Position numbers and translations under genes: made by a program
The notes under the pieces: generated by a model
What the model saw: only the letters and a program-made list of their open reading frames with translations
Database searches by the model: none
What the model was told of the DNA's origin: nothing
DNA from: an uncultured Rubrobacteraceae bacterium
Lineage (GTDB): Bacteria > Actinomycetota > Rubrobacteria > Rubrobacterales > Rubrobacteraceae
Assembly (NCBI GenBank): GCA_902806085.1
Contig: CADCVH010000031.1
Span: 15,950 to 79,949 of the forward strand
DNA length: 64,000 bases
Reading direction: 5' to 3'
Part shown: positions 1 to 9,350 of the stretch, one piece after another
How the letters are laid out: each line of letters starts with the position of its first letter
How positions within the stretch are numbered: position 1 is the stretch's first letter

Positions 1-1
1 C

Positions 2-256
2 GAGCTCCGGCTTTGAGGGCAGGAAGGCCCGGTCGAAGTCCCTGTGGCGCCCGACGCTGCCCACGATCTTGGAGACCGGCACCTCGCGCAGCCCGATGTG
101 CACCTGCTGGACGACCCCGAGCGCCCCCTTCACCTCTTCGAAAGAGAGGAGCTGGTTCGAGCCCTGGTCCCTGCGCAGGTACGCCCCGAGGCGCCGCAGG
201 AAAGCCTTCCTGCGCGCCCTGGAAAAATCCCTGTCCGACTGCTCGTTAAGATCCAT
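2..256 (-). CDS. 5' part (truncated by window edge) of a ParB/Srx-like or DUF4032-associated domain protein
   Basis: Not in the ORF track; manual translation from ATG 256 gives MDLNEQSDRDFSRARRKAFLRRL...LLSFEEVK...VPVSKIVGSVGRHRDFDRAFLP, open to the window edge. IVGSVGR..DFDR.F.P is typical of this family. Same strand as, and downstream of, the phosphoesterase. Confidence 0.65.
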   Translation of the reverse strand, partial: MDLNEQSDRDFSRARRKAFLRRLGAYLRRDQGSNQLLSFEEVKGALGVVQQVHIGLREVPVSKIVGSVGRHRDFDRAFLPSKPEL

Positions 257-324
257 ATGGCCGACCACGGTTCCAGCCTACAACCGGCCGGCCCGGGCAA
301 CAAGGGCCCAGCACCCCAAAAGCG

Positions 325-942
325 CTACACTTCCAGGATACGGTGGCCGAACACGTTGACGACCTTCGTCCCGCCCCGGCCCGTGACCCTTTGCTGATCC
401 GGGCCGTAGAGGTGGACGTGCCCGTGCAACCAGAGCGGGGGTTTGTGGCGGTCGATCAGGCCCAGGAAAGGCTCGAAACCGACGTGGGCTATGTCCTCCC
501 TGTCCCCGAGGCCCAAGGGCGGGGAGTGGGTGACGAAGACCCGCGGCGGCGGACGCCCGAGGAGCCGACCCCACCGGATCCTGGCCGACAGCGCCCACGC
601 CCGTCGGCCCATCTGGCGCCCCGTGTACTGGTTCGGGCCTCCTGAGTACAGCGGCGAGCCGGAGAGCCCGGCGAGGGTCACCCGCTCCTCGCCGCTCCCG
701 ATCTCCACCACCCTGCCGTCCAGGGGCACGCAGCCGCCCGGGTATTCCGGACTGTCGGGCGCGGGGTCGTGGTTGCCCAGGACGTAATAGACCGGGGCGC
801 CGAGGAAGGTGATGATGTACTCCAGGTAGTCGAAGGGTAGGTCCCCGCACGAGATCACGGCCTCCACCCCCCGCGCGTAGGAGTTGAGGGTCGGGCCGTG
901 GAGCACGGACTCCACCTGGTCGCTTATGCACAAAATCTTCAC
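325..942 (-). CDS. Calcineurin-like metallophosphoesterase
   Basis: Motifs SDQ(DxH-like), SCGDL, GNHD, THSPP, HGHVH; TAATCT 9 nt upstream of the GTG. Confidence 0.9.
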   Translation of the reverse strand: MKILCISDQVESVLHGPTLNSYARGVEAVISCGDLPFDYLEYIITFLGAPVYYVLGNHDPAPDSPEYPGGCVPLDGRVVEIGSGEERVTLAGLSGSPLYSGGPNQYTGRQMGRRAWALSARIRWGRLLGRPPPRVFVTHSPPLGLGDREDIAHVGFEPFLGLIDRHKPPLWLHGHVHLYGPDQQRVTGRGGTKVVNVFGHRILEV

Positions 943-1150
943 GGCCGGTACAGATTACCCTTAACCAAAGCACACCGCTTTCGGCCCCTCTCGCGCCGCC
1001 CCAGAACCCCCCGCGCCCGCGGATACCACACCATGTTGTGTCTTCTTACCCTATCGAGACGCACATGTGGACCGTATCATGCGCCCCGTGCCTTCTCGCA
1101 ACGATCGGGGCAGGCGCGCCAGATGGCAGAAGGAGGGGGACGACAGGTTC

Positions 1151-2155
1151 ATGGAACGCTTTCTTGCATCCGGCCTGGCCCTGGCATTCGCGCTGCTTGC
1201 CGTGGCCGCTTTCGCCAGGACGCCGGCGGCCCAGACGGGGCCCGAAGTACTGGAGGCCTGCGAGCCCGGCAGGCAGGAGATCGACGCCCGCGACCTGCCC
1301 CGGAGCGTAGATCCGGCCAGGTGCCCAGTCGAGGGCAGGGTTGTAGAGGACGGGCCGGTGGGCAGCGTCGTTCCCCCTCCCGGCAAGGGCGTCTACGCGG
1401 AGGTCTTGACGACGGGCGGGGCCGAAGAGCTAGGGGTGCGACGCCTCGAAAACGGGACCATAGAGTTGGAACACGTCGGCGGGGAGTCGGGCGGTGCGCG
1501 CGATGCGGGTGCCGGATCCTTCGCGCTCGCGACGAAGTCACTAGGAGAGTGTGGGGACCCCGCCTTCGACGGGTCGGGCTGGCGCGTGGAGGACACGCAC
1601 GTCTACCGCATCAACTGGCGGACGACGCCCCGGGACGTCTCGCGGCGCGCCGCCATCAGCGCCATCAGGCAGGCCGGGGGTAACGTCGCCGACACCGTCA
1701 ACGGCTGTGGCCTCGGCGACCGGGTGCCGGCCGGCGTCGCCTACAAGGGTTACACGGCCCGCCAGGCCGGCGTGGGCGGGGGCGCGTGCGCGACGGACGA
1801 CGGCCTGAGCGTCGTCTCCTTCGGTTCCCTCTCCAACCCCGGCAACCTCGCCGCGACCTGCGTCCACACCCGCACCGGGGCGTCCGGTTACGACGTCGTC
1901 ACCAGCTCCGACGCGAAGATAAACAAGACCGATTACCACTGGACGACCGAGCCCAACGACCGGCGGTGCAGCCGCCGGTGGGACATCGAAGGCGTCATGA
2001 CCCACGAGCGGGGCCACACCTTCGGCCTCGGCCACGTCGCCGAGGCCGACCACCCGAGCCTGACCATGGGACCGACGATCAACGGCGCGTGCCAGGCCTC
2101 CGAGAGGTCCCTCGGACGCGGCGACGTCCTCGGCCTCGACAAGAAGTACCCCTAA
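1151..2155 (+). CDS. Secreted matrixin-like (M10/metzincin) zinc metalloprotease
   Basis: Signal peptide MERFLASGLALAFALLAVAAFA; HERGHTFGLGH (HExxHxxGxxH) followed by Met-turn LTMGP. Start moved from 1067 to ATG 1151. Confidence 0.85.
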   Translation: MERFLASGLALAFALLAVAAFARTPAAQTGPEVLEACEPGRQEIDARDLPRSVDPARCPVEGRVVEDGPVGSVVPPPGKGVYAEVLTTGGAEELGVRRLENGTIELEHVGGESGGARDAGAGSFALATKSLGECGDPAFDGSGWRVEDTHVYRINWRTTPRDVSRRAAISAIRQAGGNVADTVNGCGLGDRVPAGVAYKGYTARQAGVGGGACATDDGLSVVSFGSLSNPGNLAATCVHTRTGASGYDVVTSSDAKINKTDYHWTTEPNDRRCSRRWDIEGVMTHERGHTFGLGHVAEADHPSLTMGPTINGACQASERSLGRGDVLGLDKKYP

Positions 2156-2227
2156 AGCGCGGTTCCCCCGCCCGCCCGGTGGGTAACTACCGCGCAAAAC
2201 TACCGCGGAACGCGGGCGAACCGGAAG

Positions 2228-2629
2228 GTGGCAGCTTTGGCGGGACCGGAGACTCCGAAGCTCATGGTAGACGTGGTGATCCCCTCGGAGGAGGGGATCG
2301 TCCTGATCCGTCGCGGCAGCGACCCCTTCGAGGGGCAGTGGGCCCTGCCGGGCGGCTTCGTCGAGGTAGGTGAGACGGTGGAGTCCGCCGCCGTCCGCGA
2401 GGCGGCCGAAGAGACCGGGCTCGCGGTGGAGCTGGCGCGCCTCGTCGGCGTCTACTCCGACCCTGAACGCGACCCCCGCGGTCACAACGTCAGCGTCGCC
2501 TTTCTGGCCCGCGTCGTCGGCGGGGATCTCGTGGCCGCCTCCGACGCCGCCGAGGTCTCGGTTCTCGACCCGCAAGCCACAGAGCTCGCCTTCGACCACC
2601 GGAGCATCATCGCCGACGCGAAGGTATAG
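2228..2629 (+). CDS. NUDIX hydrolase (ADP-ribose pyrophosphatase-like)
   Basis: Nudix box GGFVEVGETVESAAVREAAEETGL; RDPR and LAFDH motifs. Confidence 0.9.
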   Translation: MAALAGPETPKLMVDVVIPSEEGIVLIRRGSDPFEGQWALPGGFVEVGETVESAAVREAAEETGLAVELARLVGVYSDPERDPRGHNVSVAFLARVVGGDLVAASDAAEVSVLDPQATELAFDHRSIIADAKV

Positions 2630-2634
2630 GCACA

Positions 2635-2824
2635 AGGTTCTAGGTTTTGAGGTTCTAGGTTTTGAGGTTCTAGAGCGTTATGCAATGATATTGGACCCCC
2701 TGCGCGTTTCCGCGTCATGGAGAAGCGTTCCAGGAGCCCCGTACCCTCCCGGAGCTGTGCTTCGCGGCGAGCCTCGCGGGGGTGGGCCAACTCCATTGAC
2801 TACCGCTATAGAACCTAAAACCTT
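2635..2824. repeat. Intergenic element bounded by inverted AGG-7/8-mer arrays (copy 1)
   Basis: Left arm (aggttct aggttttg)x2 aggttctagagcg at 2635-2677; right arm cgctatagaacctaaaacctt ending at 2824 is its imperfect reverse complement. Confidence 0.8.
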
Positions 2825-3849
2825 CGATCCAACACCCACAGCGACGTGGCCGGCAGCCGGGCGGTCACTTCGTCGCCCACCGCGAGCCGGACGTGGGGGG
2901 GGAGTGCCGCGCGCAGGGTCGTGCCCGCGGCCCGCAGCTCGTAGTGGACCTGGGTCCCGAGGTACGAGGTTGAAGAGACCCGGGCGCGGAAGGAGTTCTC
3001 GCCCCCCTCCAGGCGGACGGCCTCGGGGCGGATGGTGAGGGTGACCTCTCCGGGAGGGGCGGTTCCCTCTAGCCTGAGGTCGCCGAGCGGGGTACGGACG
3101 GAGCCGTCGTTCGCCCGGCCGTCTATAAAGTTGGTGGCGCCGAAGAAGCGGGCGACCTCGCGGGTGGCGGGGCGGTCGTAGAAGGCCTCGGGACAGTCGT
3201 ACATCTGGAGTCGGCCGTCGAAGATGAGGGCGATGCGGTCCGCGAGGACGACGGCCTCTTCCTGGTCGTGCGTGACGAAGACGGTCGTGTGGCCGCCCTC
3301 GCGCTGGAGCCTGAGGACGAGGTCGCGCATCTCCTCCCTGAGGTTGGCGTCGAGCGCGCTGAAGGGCTCGTCGAGGAGCAGGAGCCGTGGCTCGGTGACG
3401 AGGGCGCGGGCGAGCGCGACCCTCTGCTGCTGGCCGCCGGAGAGCTCCCCGGGCGAACGGCCGGCGAAGCCCTCCATCCGCACGCGCCGGAGGGCCTCGT
3501 CCGCCTTCCTCCCGGCCTCCTCCTTGCGCGCGCCGCGCATTCTCAGGCCGAACCCGACGTTTTCGGTGACGCCCATGTGGGGGAAGAGGAGGGGCTTCTG
3601 GAAGACCATCGCCGCCTCGCGCCTCTCGGGCGGGGTGCCGACGACCGAGCGCCCGTCCACCCGCACGTCGCCGGCGGTCGGGCGCAAGAGGCCGGCGACG
3701 ACCTTGAGCGCCGTCGTCTTGCCGCACCCCGAGGGGCCGAGGAGGGCGACCAGCTCCCCCGGCTCGACGGCGAGGCTCAGCTTCTCCAGCGCGGGCGCGT
3801 CGTTGCCGTAGCGGTGGGAGACGTTCTCCAGTTCGAGGCGGGCGCTCAC
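2815..3849 (-). CDS. ABC transporter ATP-binding protein (PotA/YnjD-like, TOBE domain)
   Basis: Walker A GPSGCGKT, signature LSGGQQQR, LLLLDEP. GTG 3849 overlaps the upstream TGA (GTGA). The 588-aa ORF in the track is over-extended. Confidence 0.92.
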   Translation of the reverse strand: MSARLELENVSHRYGNDAPALEKLSLAVEPGELVALLGPSGCGKTTALKVVAGLLRPTAGDVRVDGRSVVGTPPERREAAMVFQKPLLFPHMGVTENVGFGLRMRGARKEEAGRKADEALRRVRMEGFAGRSPGELSGGQQQRVALARALVTEPRLLLLDEPFSALDANLREEMRDLVLRLQREGGHTTVFVTHDQEEAVVLADRIALIFDGRLQMYDCPEAFYDRPATREVARFFGATNFIDGRANDGSVRTPLGDLRLEGTAPPGEVTLTIRPEAVRLEGGENSFRARVSSTSYLGTQVHYELRAAGTTLRAALPPHVRLAVGDEVTARLPATSLWVLDRRF

Positions 3850-4658
3850 GAGAACTTCCCCGGTCCGACGAAGCCGCCCGCCCTCTCGCCCGGCTTCAGG
3901 ACGCGGAGGGCGAGCACGAGCGCAAGGACCGCGGGCAGGGCGAAGGCCAGGGCCAGGGCCGAGGTCACGACCGGGTCGTTGCCCGAGGCCGCCGAGAACA
4001 GGAGCATGGGCAGGGTGACGACGTTGCCGCCCCCGATCAGGAGCGTCAGCACGTACTGGCCCCAGGAGATCAGGAACGCGAACAGCCCTGCCACCGCCAC
4101 CCCCGGCAGGACACCGGGCAGCGTGACGCGCAAGAAAGCCTGCCAGGGGCTCGCGCCGAGGGTCCTGGCCGCCTCCTCCAGCTCGCCGGTCCTCTCGGCG
4201 AAGACGCCGGCCAGGATAAGGGCGGTGTAGGGCACCGTGGGGACCAGGTGGACGAGAAAGACGCCGGGAAGCGTGTCCGCGAGCCCGAGCCTGATAAAGG
4301 TGACGTGCACACCCATCGTCGAGGCCAGCGGGGGCACCAGGATCGGGAGCAAGATGAAGAAGATCACGACCCCCTTGAACCGCCACTGGTAGCCCCCTAT
4401 CGCCATCCCCGCCGGCATCCCTACGGCCACCGAGGCCGCCGCCGTCGCCGCCCCGATAAGGACGCTGTTGAGCGTCGCACCGAGCACCCCGCCGCCGGGC
4501 TCGACGAGGTGGGCCACCCCGCGCAGCGACCACGCGGTCGGCAGCAGGTCCGGGAAACGCCACTCCCCGGCGAAGGCCCACAGCGTCAGGGGCACGAAAG
4601 GCACCGCGACCAGCGCCGCCACGAGGGCGAGCCCGACGTTGCCCCCCTTCTTACCCAC
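3846..4658 (-). CDS. ABC transporter permease
   Basis: Multiple TM helices; EAA loop LEEAARTLGA; start set at GTG 4658, overlapping the previous stop. Confidence 0.9.
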   Translation of the reverse strand: MGKKGGNVGLALVAALVAVPFVPLTLWAFAGEWRFPDLLPTAWSLRGVAHLVEPGGGVLGATLNSVLIGAATAAASVAVGMPAGMAIGGYQWRFKGVVIFFILLPILVPPLASTMGVHVTFIRLGLADTLPGVFLVHLVPTVPYTALILAGVFAERTGELEEAARTLGASPWQAFLRVTLPGVLPGVAVAGLFAFLISWGQYVLTLLIGGGNVVTLPMLLFSAASGNDPVVTSALALAFALPAVLALVLALRVLKPGERAGGFVGPGKFS

Positions 4659-5508
4659 GGCGGCGCCCCAGGTCCCTGGCCAGCCGCAGGTACAGGGCCG
4701 CAATCGCGCCGGTGACGAGGGCGATGAGGATGTTGATCGCCATCGCCGTCGGCCTCGCGGCGAGGTCTATGCCCCTGTACTCGTCGTAGGCCATGACGGG
4801 CAGGATCGTCGGGTAGGACTTGCCGAGAAGGTAGGGCACCTCGAAGGCCCCGAACGTGAAGGCGAAGACCAGGAGGCTCGCCGCCACCACGGAGGGCGAG
4901 ATCACGGGGAAGACCACGTACCAGAACCGCTGCCAAGCCCCGGCCCCCAAAGTACGGGCAACGTCCTCGAGGTCCGAGGCCACCCCCCGCAACGCCGCGA
5001 GCATCACGAGCGTTATAAAAGGCACCTCCTTCCACACGTAGGTGAGGATGATGCCGACGGAGCGCTCGTCGTAGAGCAGGGCGGGGAAGTCCCCGGGCTC
5101 GCCGATCAGGCCTAGAAGGGCCGCCAGCCTCGCCCCGAGCCCCGTCTGCCCGACGACGAGCGCGATCCCGACGGCGGCGACGAGGTGGGGGATCGTGATC
5201 GGCAACTGGAACACCACCGCCGAGAGGCGACCGCTGGACCTCCTGAGCGCGAGCGCGGCGAGCACAGCCAGGACCGTGGAGACGCCCGTCGAGACCCCCG
5301 AGACGTACAGGGTGAGGACCAGCGAGTCGAAGAAGTCCTCGTCCGAGAGGATCCCGCGGTACGCGTCCAGCGTAAGCTCCGTCATGCCGATGGCCGGCAC
5401 GTAGCCCAAAGACTGCACGAACGCGATGACGAGCCCGCCCGCGAAGAGAACCCCGATCACGGCCAGGGCCGGGGCCAGAAGCAGCACGATCTTTAACCGC
5501 CCGCCCAA
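4651..5508 (-). CDS. ABC transporter permease (YnjC-like)
   Basis: Hydrophobic; EAA-like LEDVARTLGA; WKEVPF motif; operonic. Confidence 0.9.
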   Translation of the reverse strand: MGGRLKIVLLLAPALAVIGVLFAGGLVIAFVQSLGYVPAIGMTELTLDAYRGILSDEDFFDSLVLTLYVSGVSTGVSTVLAVLAALALRRSSGRLSAVVFQLPITIPHLVAAVGIALVVGQTGLGARLAALLGLIGEPGDFPALLYDERSVGIILTYVWKEVPFITLVMLAALRGVASDLEDVARTLGAGAWQRFWYVVFPVISPSVVAASLLVFAFTFGAFEVPYLLGKSYPTILPVMAYDEYRGIDLAARPTAMAINILIALVTGAIAALYLRLARDLGRRRG

Positions 5509-5511
5509 CCC

Positions 5512-6750
5512 CTAGTCCTCCAAGACCTCTTCCCGCCACCCCTCTTCGAGCCGGAGCAACCACTCCGTCCTGGCCTCGGGCACCCGGTTCTCCTGCAGGA
5601 CACGGGTCGGCAGCGTCGCTTTTCCTCGGGGCTCGGCGAACCCCCCGCGCGTCTCCTCCGGCAGCCGGTCCAGGCTCAGGGCGGTGAGGTCGCCCCAGCC
5701 TTCCGGGTCCTGCTTCTCCCTCTGGGCCTCGGGGCTCTGCAGGAAGTTCGCCGCGACCTGTGCTGCGGCCTTGTTCGGGGCGTTCGACGGGATGGCGAGG
5801 TAGTGGGTGTTGTTCAGGGTCCCGCCTTCGAGCACGTAGGAGCGGGTGCTCTTGGGGAAGAGGCCCTTGTCCACCTGGCGCTGGGCGAGCTGCGGGTTGT
5901 AGCTCATCGTGAGCCAGGTCTCCCCGTTCTGGTAGAGCTCGTCCAGCTTCGCCGAGGTCTCGGGGTAGGTCTCGCCCCCGCGCCAGAGGTTCGGCTCCAT
6001 GTCTTGCAGAAAATCGTAGAGCTTGGGGGCCTGTCCCTCGAAGACGGCCTCGTCGAACGGTTCCTGGTAGGGTTTGACCTGCCCGGTCACGTCGTAGAGG
6101 GCCTGCTCGACGAAGGCGTTGCCGGTGAAGTCCGGCGGGGCGGGGTAGGCGAAGCGGCCGGGGTTCTCCTCCGTCCACCTCTGGAGCTCGTCCATGGTTT
6201 TCGGGGGGTCATCGACCTTCGCGGAGTCGTAGATCATGACGAACTGGGCCTTGCCCCAGGGCGCCTCCCTGCCCTCGACCGGGTAGCCGAAGTCGCGGTT
6301 GATGGAGGGGCTCTCCCAGTCTATGTACTTCGCGTTCGGGAGTCCTTCCGCCCACGGGCCGAACCAGAGGCCCGCTTCCGCGCCGGTTGCGAAGTTCTCG
6401 CCGTTGATCCAGACGAGGTCTATCGTCCCCTCGTCCTTGCCGGCCTGCTTCTCGTTGAGCAGCTTGTTTACCGCGTCGGCCGTGTCGCCCAAGGGTGTGC
6501 GCGTCAGCCCTATGCCGTGCTTCTCCTCCAGTTTCGGGATGACGTAGTCGTCGACGTAGGCGTTGATCGCCCCGTCCCCGCCGTACATGGCGAGGTTGAC
6601 CTCCGTCCCCCGGGCCTGCTTCGCGAGCTGGGAGAAAGGCCGGGTTTCGCCGGAGGGCGCGTTCGCGCCGCCGGCCCCGCCGCAACCGGCGAGCGCGAGT
6701 ACCGCGAGCAGGGCGACGAGCAGAGGCTTTATGCGTCTTGAGGCAGGCAT
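5512..6750 (-). CDS. ABC substrate-binding lipoprotein (YnjB-like)
   Basis: Lipobox LAGC; DLVWINGENF, YPAPPDFTG, NTHYLAIPSNA segments resemble the YnjB family. Start set at ATG 6750. Confidence 0.8.
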   Translation of the reverse strand: MPASRRIKPLLVALLAVLALAGCGGAGGANAPSGETRPFSQLAKQARGTEVNLAMYGGDGAINAYVDDYVIPKLEEKHGIGLTRTPLGDTADAVNKLLNEKQAGKDEGTIDLVWINGENFATGAEAGLWFGPWAEGLPNAKYIDWESPSINRDFGYPVEGREAPWGKAQFVMIYDSAKVDDPPKTMDELQRWTEENPGRFAYPAPPDFTGNAFVEQALYDVTGQVKPYQEPFDEAVFEGQAPKLYDFLQDMEPNLWRGGETYPETSAKLDELYQNGETWLTMSYNPQLAQRQVDKGLFPKSTRSYVLEGGTLNNTHYLAIPSNAPNKAAAQVAANFLQSPEAQREKQDPEGWGDLTALSLDRLPEETRGGFAEPRGKATLPTRVLQENRVPEARTEWLLRLEEGWREEVLED

Positions 6751-6841
6751 GTCTATCACGATGTACCCCGCTTGGAAAGGTTTCACTATAAGAAGGCTTG
6801 CACGCCCGGATATACGCCGCGGGGTAGCGCCCGGATCAGAA

Positions 6842-7723
6842 CTACGCCCCGCCCGGCAGCCGCCCGAGCGCGTCCATGAGGCCCGAGATCACGCGCCCCT
6901 CGTCCAGGTCGGAGACCATCCCGACCTCGCGGCCGGTCTGCGAGTAGTCGTGCGAGCCGGCCGCGTCGAGCGTCGGGAGCGCCGTCCTCCGGACGGTAAC
7001 GGCCTCCGGGTCCGCGACGGCGGCGACGCAGGCTATGTCCCACAGGATCTTATCCCCCTCGGGGTCCACGTCCCCGCCGTACTCGATGACCCAGCGCTCC
7101 AGTATCTCCGCCAGGTAGGACGCGACGGGCCGCCCGAGCGCCCGCAGCTCCCCCGCGAAGGGCGCGGCCCGAACGCGCACCTTCGCCGGCGCGGGCCACC
7201 CGGGGACCAGGAGCATCTCCGTCCGGCCCTCGAAGAGGCCCCGCCAGGCGGCGATGTCCGCCCGGCCGTTCAGCTCCTGGAACTTGTGCCTCTCGTAGAC
7301 CCCCTTGCCCCCGAACCCGCCGAGCCAGACGACGCGCACGTTCTCCCGCGCCTCGGGTGCGGCGAGCAGGAGCGAGGCGGCGTCCGTCGCGGGCCCCGTC
7401 GCGACGACGGTGAGCGGGCCCCGCCGCGCCTCCTCGACCAAAAACTCCAGCCCCGCGCTCGGCACGAGGTCCTCGCGGTGCTCCATCGGCCTCTCCGCCC
7501 CCGGGATGCAAGGGACGCCGCCCCCGCACAGGCCGACGACCCTTTCGGCCTCTTCCTGGTACATGTCCCGCGAGCCGGGCCCGTGGGCGGTGGTGTTGTG
7601 CACGGAGACGACGCCGCGCACGTCGAGGGCGCCTTCGGGGAGGCCGAGGGCGTGGGCGATGGCGAACTGGTCGTCGACCTCGTTGGCCGTGTCGCAGTCG
7701 AGCACTACGCGCGTGGGTGGCAT
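6842..7723 (-). CDS. Nucleoside hydrolase (IUNH family)
   Basis: N-terminal DCDTANEVDD Ca-binding motif, TGPATD, ELN, LWD. Confidence 0.85.
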   Translation of the reverse strand: MPPTRVVLDCDTANEVDDQFAIAHALGLPEGALDVRGVVSVHNTTAHGPGSRDMYQEEAERVVGLCGGGVPCIPGAERPMEHREDLVPSAGLEFLVEEARRGPLTVVATGPATDAASLLLAAPEARENVRVVWLGGFGGKGVYERHKFQELNGRADIAAWRGLFEGRTEMLLVPGWPAPAKVRVRAAPFAGELRALGRPVASYLAEILERWVIEYGGDVDPEGDKILWDIACVAAVADPEAVTVRRTALPTLDAAGSHDYSQTGREVGMVSDLDEGRVISGLMDALGRLPGGA

Positions 7724-7830
7724 CGCTTCCTATCGTCGCGGGGATCGCGCGGATCGTAACACGGCGCCGCCGCGTGGGGTTTGTTGTGGTTCCCTTGCGG
7801 GCTGCTTGAATCCGCCCGCGACGGCCCGGG

Positions 7831-8814
7831 TCAGGAACCGAAGAGGTTCTCCAAGAACCCCGGTTCCAGATAGGTCCGGCTCCTTTTCAGCGTCTCCTCG
7901 TTGGCGATGGGCCGACCCTCCCGCGCCGTCTCCTGCAAAGCCCACGCGCACCACGAGACGGCCCGCAAGGAGACGATGGTCCTCATCGCCGCGAGCTGCT
8001 CGCCAAAACGCCTGACGTCCGCGACGGGATTCCGTTCCAGGTAAGCCCCGACAAACTCCCGCTCCTGCTCCCCGGAGAGGAGCGTCGCGGTGTCGTCGCG
8101 CCAGAGGGTCGTGGTCGGGAGGAGGAAGTGGGCGAGGTCCTGGGTGCGGGGGGCTATGCGCGCCTTCTCCCAGTCCAGGAGCTTCGCCTCGCCGTTCTCG
8201 ACGACGAAGTTGTGAGTGTTCAGGTCGTAGTTGACTATGGCGAGGCCGTCGCCGGTGAAGAGGTCACTCCTTTGGAGGAAGCCTTCTATGCGGCCGAAGC
8301 CCTTGAGGAGGGCGGCCTTGCTCTCCCCGGGGGCGCCGTCCCAGTCGAGGTAGGGTTCGGCCAGGCCGCGGGACTCTTCCAGGATGGCGGGGGCGGGGTC
8401 GGGGTGGGTCTGGAGCCGGTGCCCTTCCGGGACGCCGATGGCGTGGACGGCGGCGAGGCAGCGGGCGGCGGCGGGGAGGTCGGTGGCGTAGTCGAGGGGG
8501 CGACCCGGCAGGAACTCTTCCAGGACCAGGGGGTAGGGGAGGTCACCGGGGTCCGGGTCGACGTGGTAGGGCCTCGGGGTTACGCCGGAGGGGGCGAGGA
8601 GCGTCAGGGCGTGATGCTCGTAGGCGGCCTGCTCCCGGAGCGGGAGGCCCATCTGGGTGCCCGTCACGAGCCGGGCCACGAGGTCCGGGTCGCCCCGCAC
8701 GAGGTAGTTGAGGCTGTACTCACCGCGGGCGAGAAACTCGACGCCGCGGTGGGGCGGGTGCGGCGGGCTTTCCAGGTAGCGTTCCACGTCGGCGCTAAAG
8801 CTCTCGTCCGGCAC
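7831..8814 (-). CDS. Aminoglycoside phosphotransferase / choline-kinase-like protein
   Basis: RGEYSLNY N-lobe, Brenner-like NYDLNTHN, DWE. GTG 8814 lies 6 nt after TACAAT (leaderless-like). Confidence 0.8.
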   Translation of the reverse strand: MPDESFSADVERYLESPPHPPHRGVEFLARGEYSLNYLVRGDPDLVARLVTGTQMGLPLREQAAYEHHALTLLAPSGVTPRPYHVDPDPGDLPYPLVLEEFLPGRPLDYATDLPAAARCLAAVHAIGVPEGHRLQTHPDPAPAILEESRGLAEPYLDWDGAPGESKAALLKGFGRIEGFLQRSDLFTGDGLAIVNYDLNTHNFVVENGEAKLLDWEKARIAPRTQDLAHFLLPTTTLWRDDTATLLSGEQEREFVGAYLERNPVADVRRFGEQLAAMRTIVSLRAVSWCAWALQETAREGRPIANEETLKRSRTYLEPGFLENLFGS

Positions 8815-8894
8815 GGCCGTATTGTAAGCGGAACGGCGCGGCCCGCTTACGGGGTGGTGTAGAATCACCCAACGGGGGAGAGAGGAGCCTGGAT

Positions 8895-9350
8895 CTGGAC
8901 ATTATCTTCTGGGCGGTGCTGGCGGGGCTGGCCTTCGTGGGCGAGCTTCTCTCCGTATCTTTCTTCTTGCTTTTCTTCTCGCTCGGGGCGGTGGTGGCGC
9001 TTGCCCTGGCCTTCGCGGATTTCGGGCTCGTGGCGCAGGCCATAGGCTTTATCGTCGCCACGGTGTTGAGCATGATCGTGTTGCGCCCGGCGCTACTCAA
9101 CCGGCTCTCCTTGAGGGGCGGGGAGGAGTACGCGGGGCACCGGGGCATCACGGGGGAGAGCGCGGTGGTTACGGAGCCCATAGAGGCCGGGGGAAGGGGG
9201 ACCGTCCGGGTGGGGAGCGGCGAGTTCTGGACGGCCCGCACGATGTACTCGGGTGACGGGATAGGGAAGGGCGCAAAGGTCCGGGTGCTAGACACCGACG
9301 GGCTTACGGCGCTGGTCGAGCCGGTGGAGACCGAAGGAGGAGAGCAGTGA
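8895..9350 (+). CDS. nfeD: NfeD family membrane protein
   Basis: N-terminal TM helices, then an OB-like domain (GTVRVG..EFWTAR...KVRVLDTDGLTALVEP); upstream of an SPFH gene. Start is probably CTG 8895 (GAGGAG 7 nt upstream); the track start is 8916. Confidence 0.85.
   Translation: MDIIFWAVLAGLAFVGELLSVSFFLLFFSLGAVVALALAFADFGLVAQAIGFIVATVLSMIVLRPALLNRLSLRGGEEYAGHRGITGESAVVTEPIEAGGRGTVRVGSGEFWTARTMYSGDGIGKGAKVRVLDTDGLTALVEPVETEGGEQ

Noticed and set aside
2635-2824. AGG-heptamer arrays as CRISPR repeats
   Set aside because: Units are 7-8 bp, directly tandem, with no spacers and no cas genes.
2815-4581. 588-aa ORF suggesting a permease-ATPase fusion
   Set aside because: The N-terminal part is an off-frame read of the permease; the ATPase starts at GTG 3849 with a GTGA overlap.
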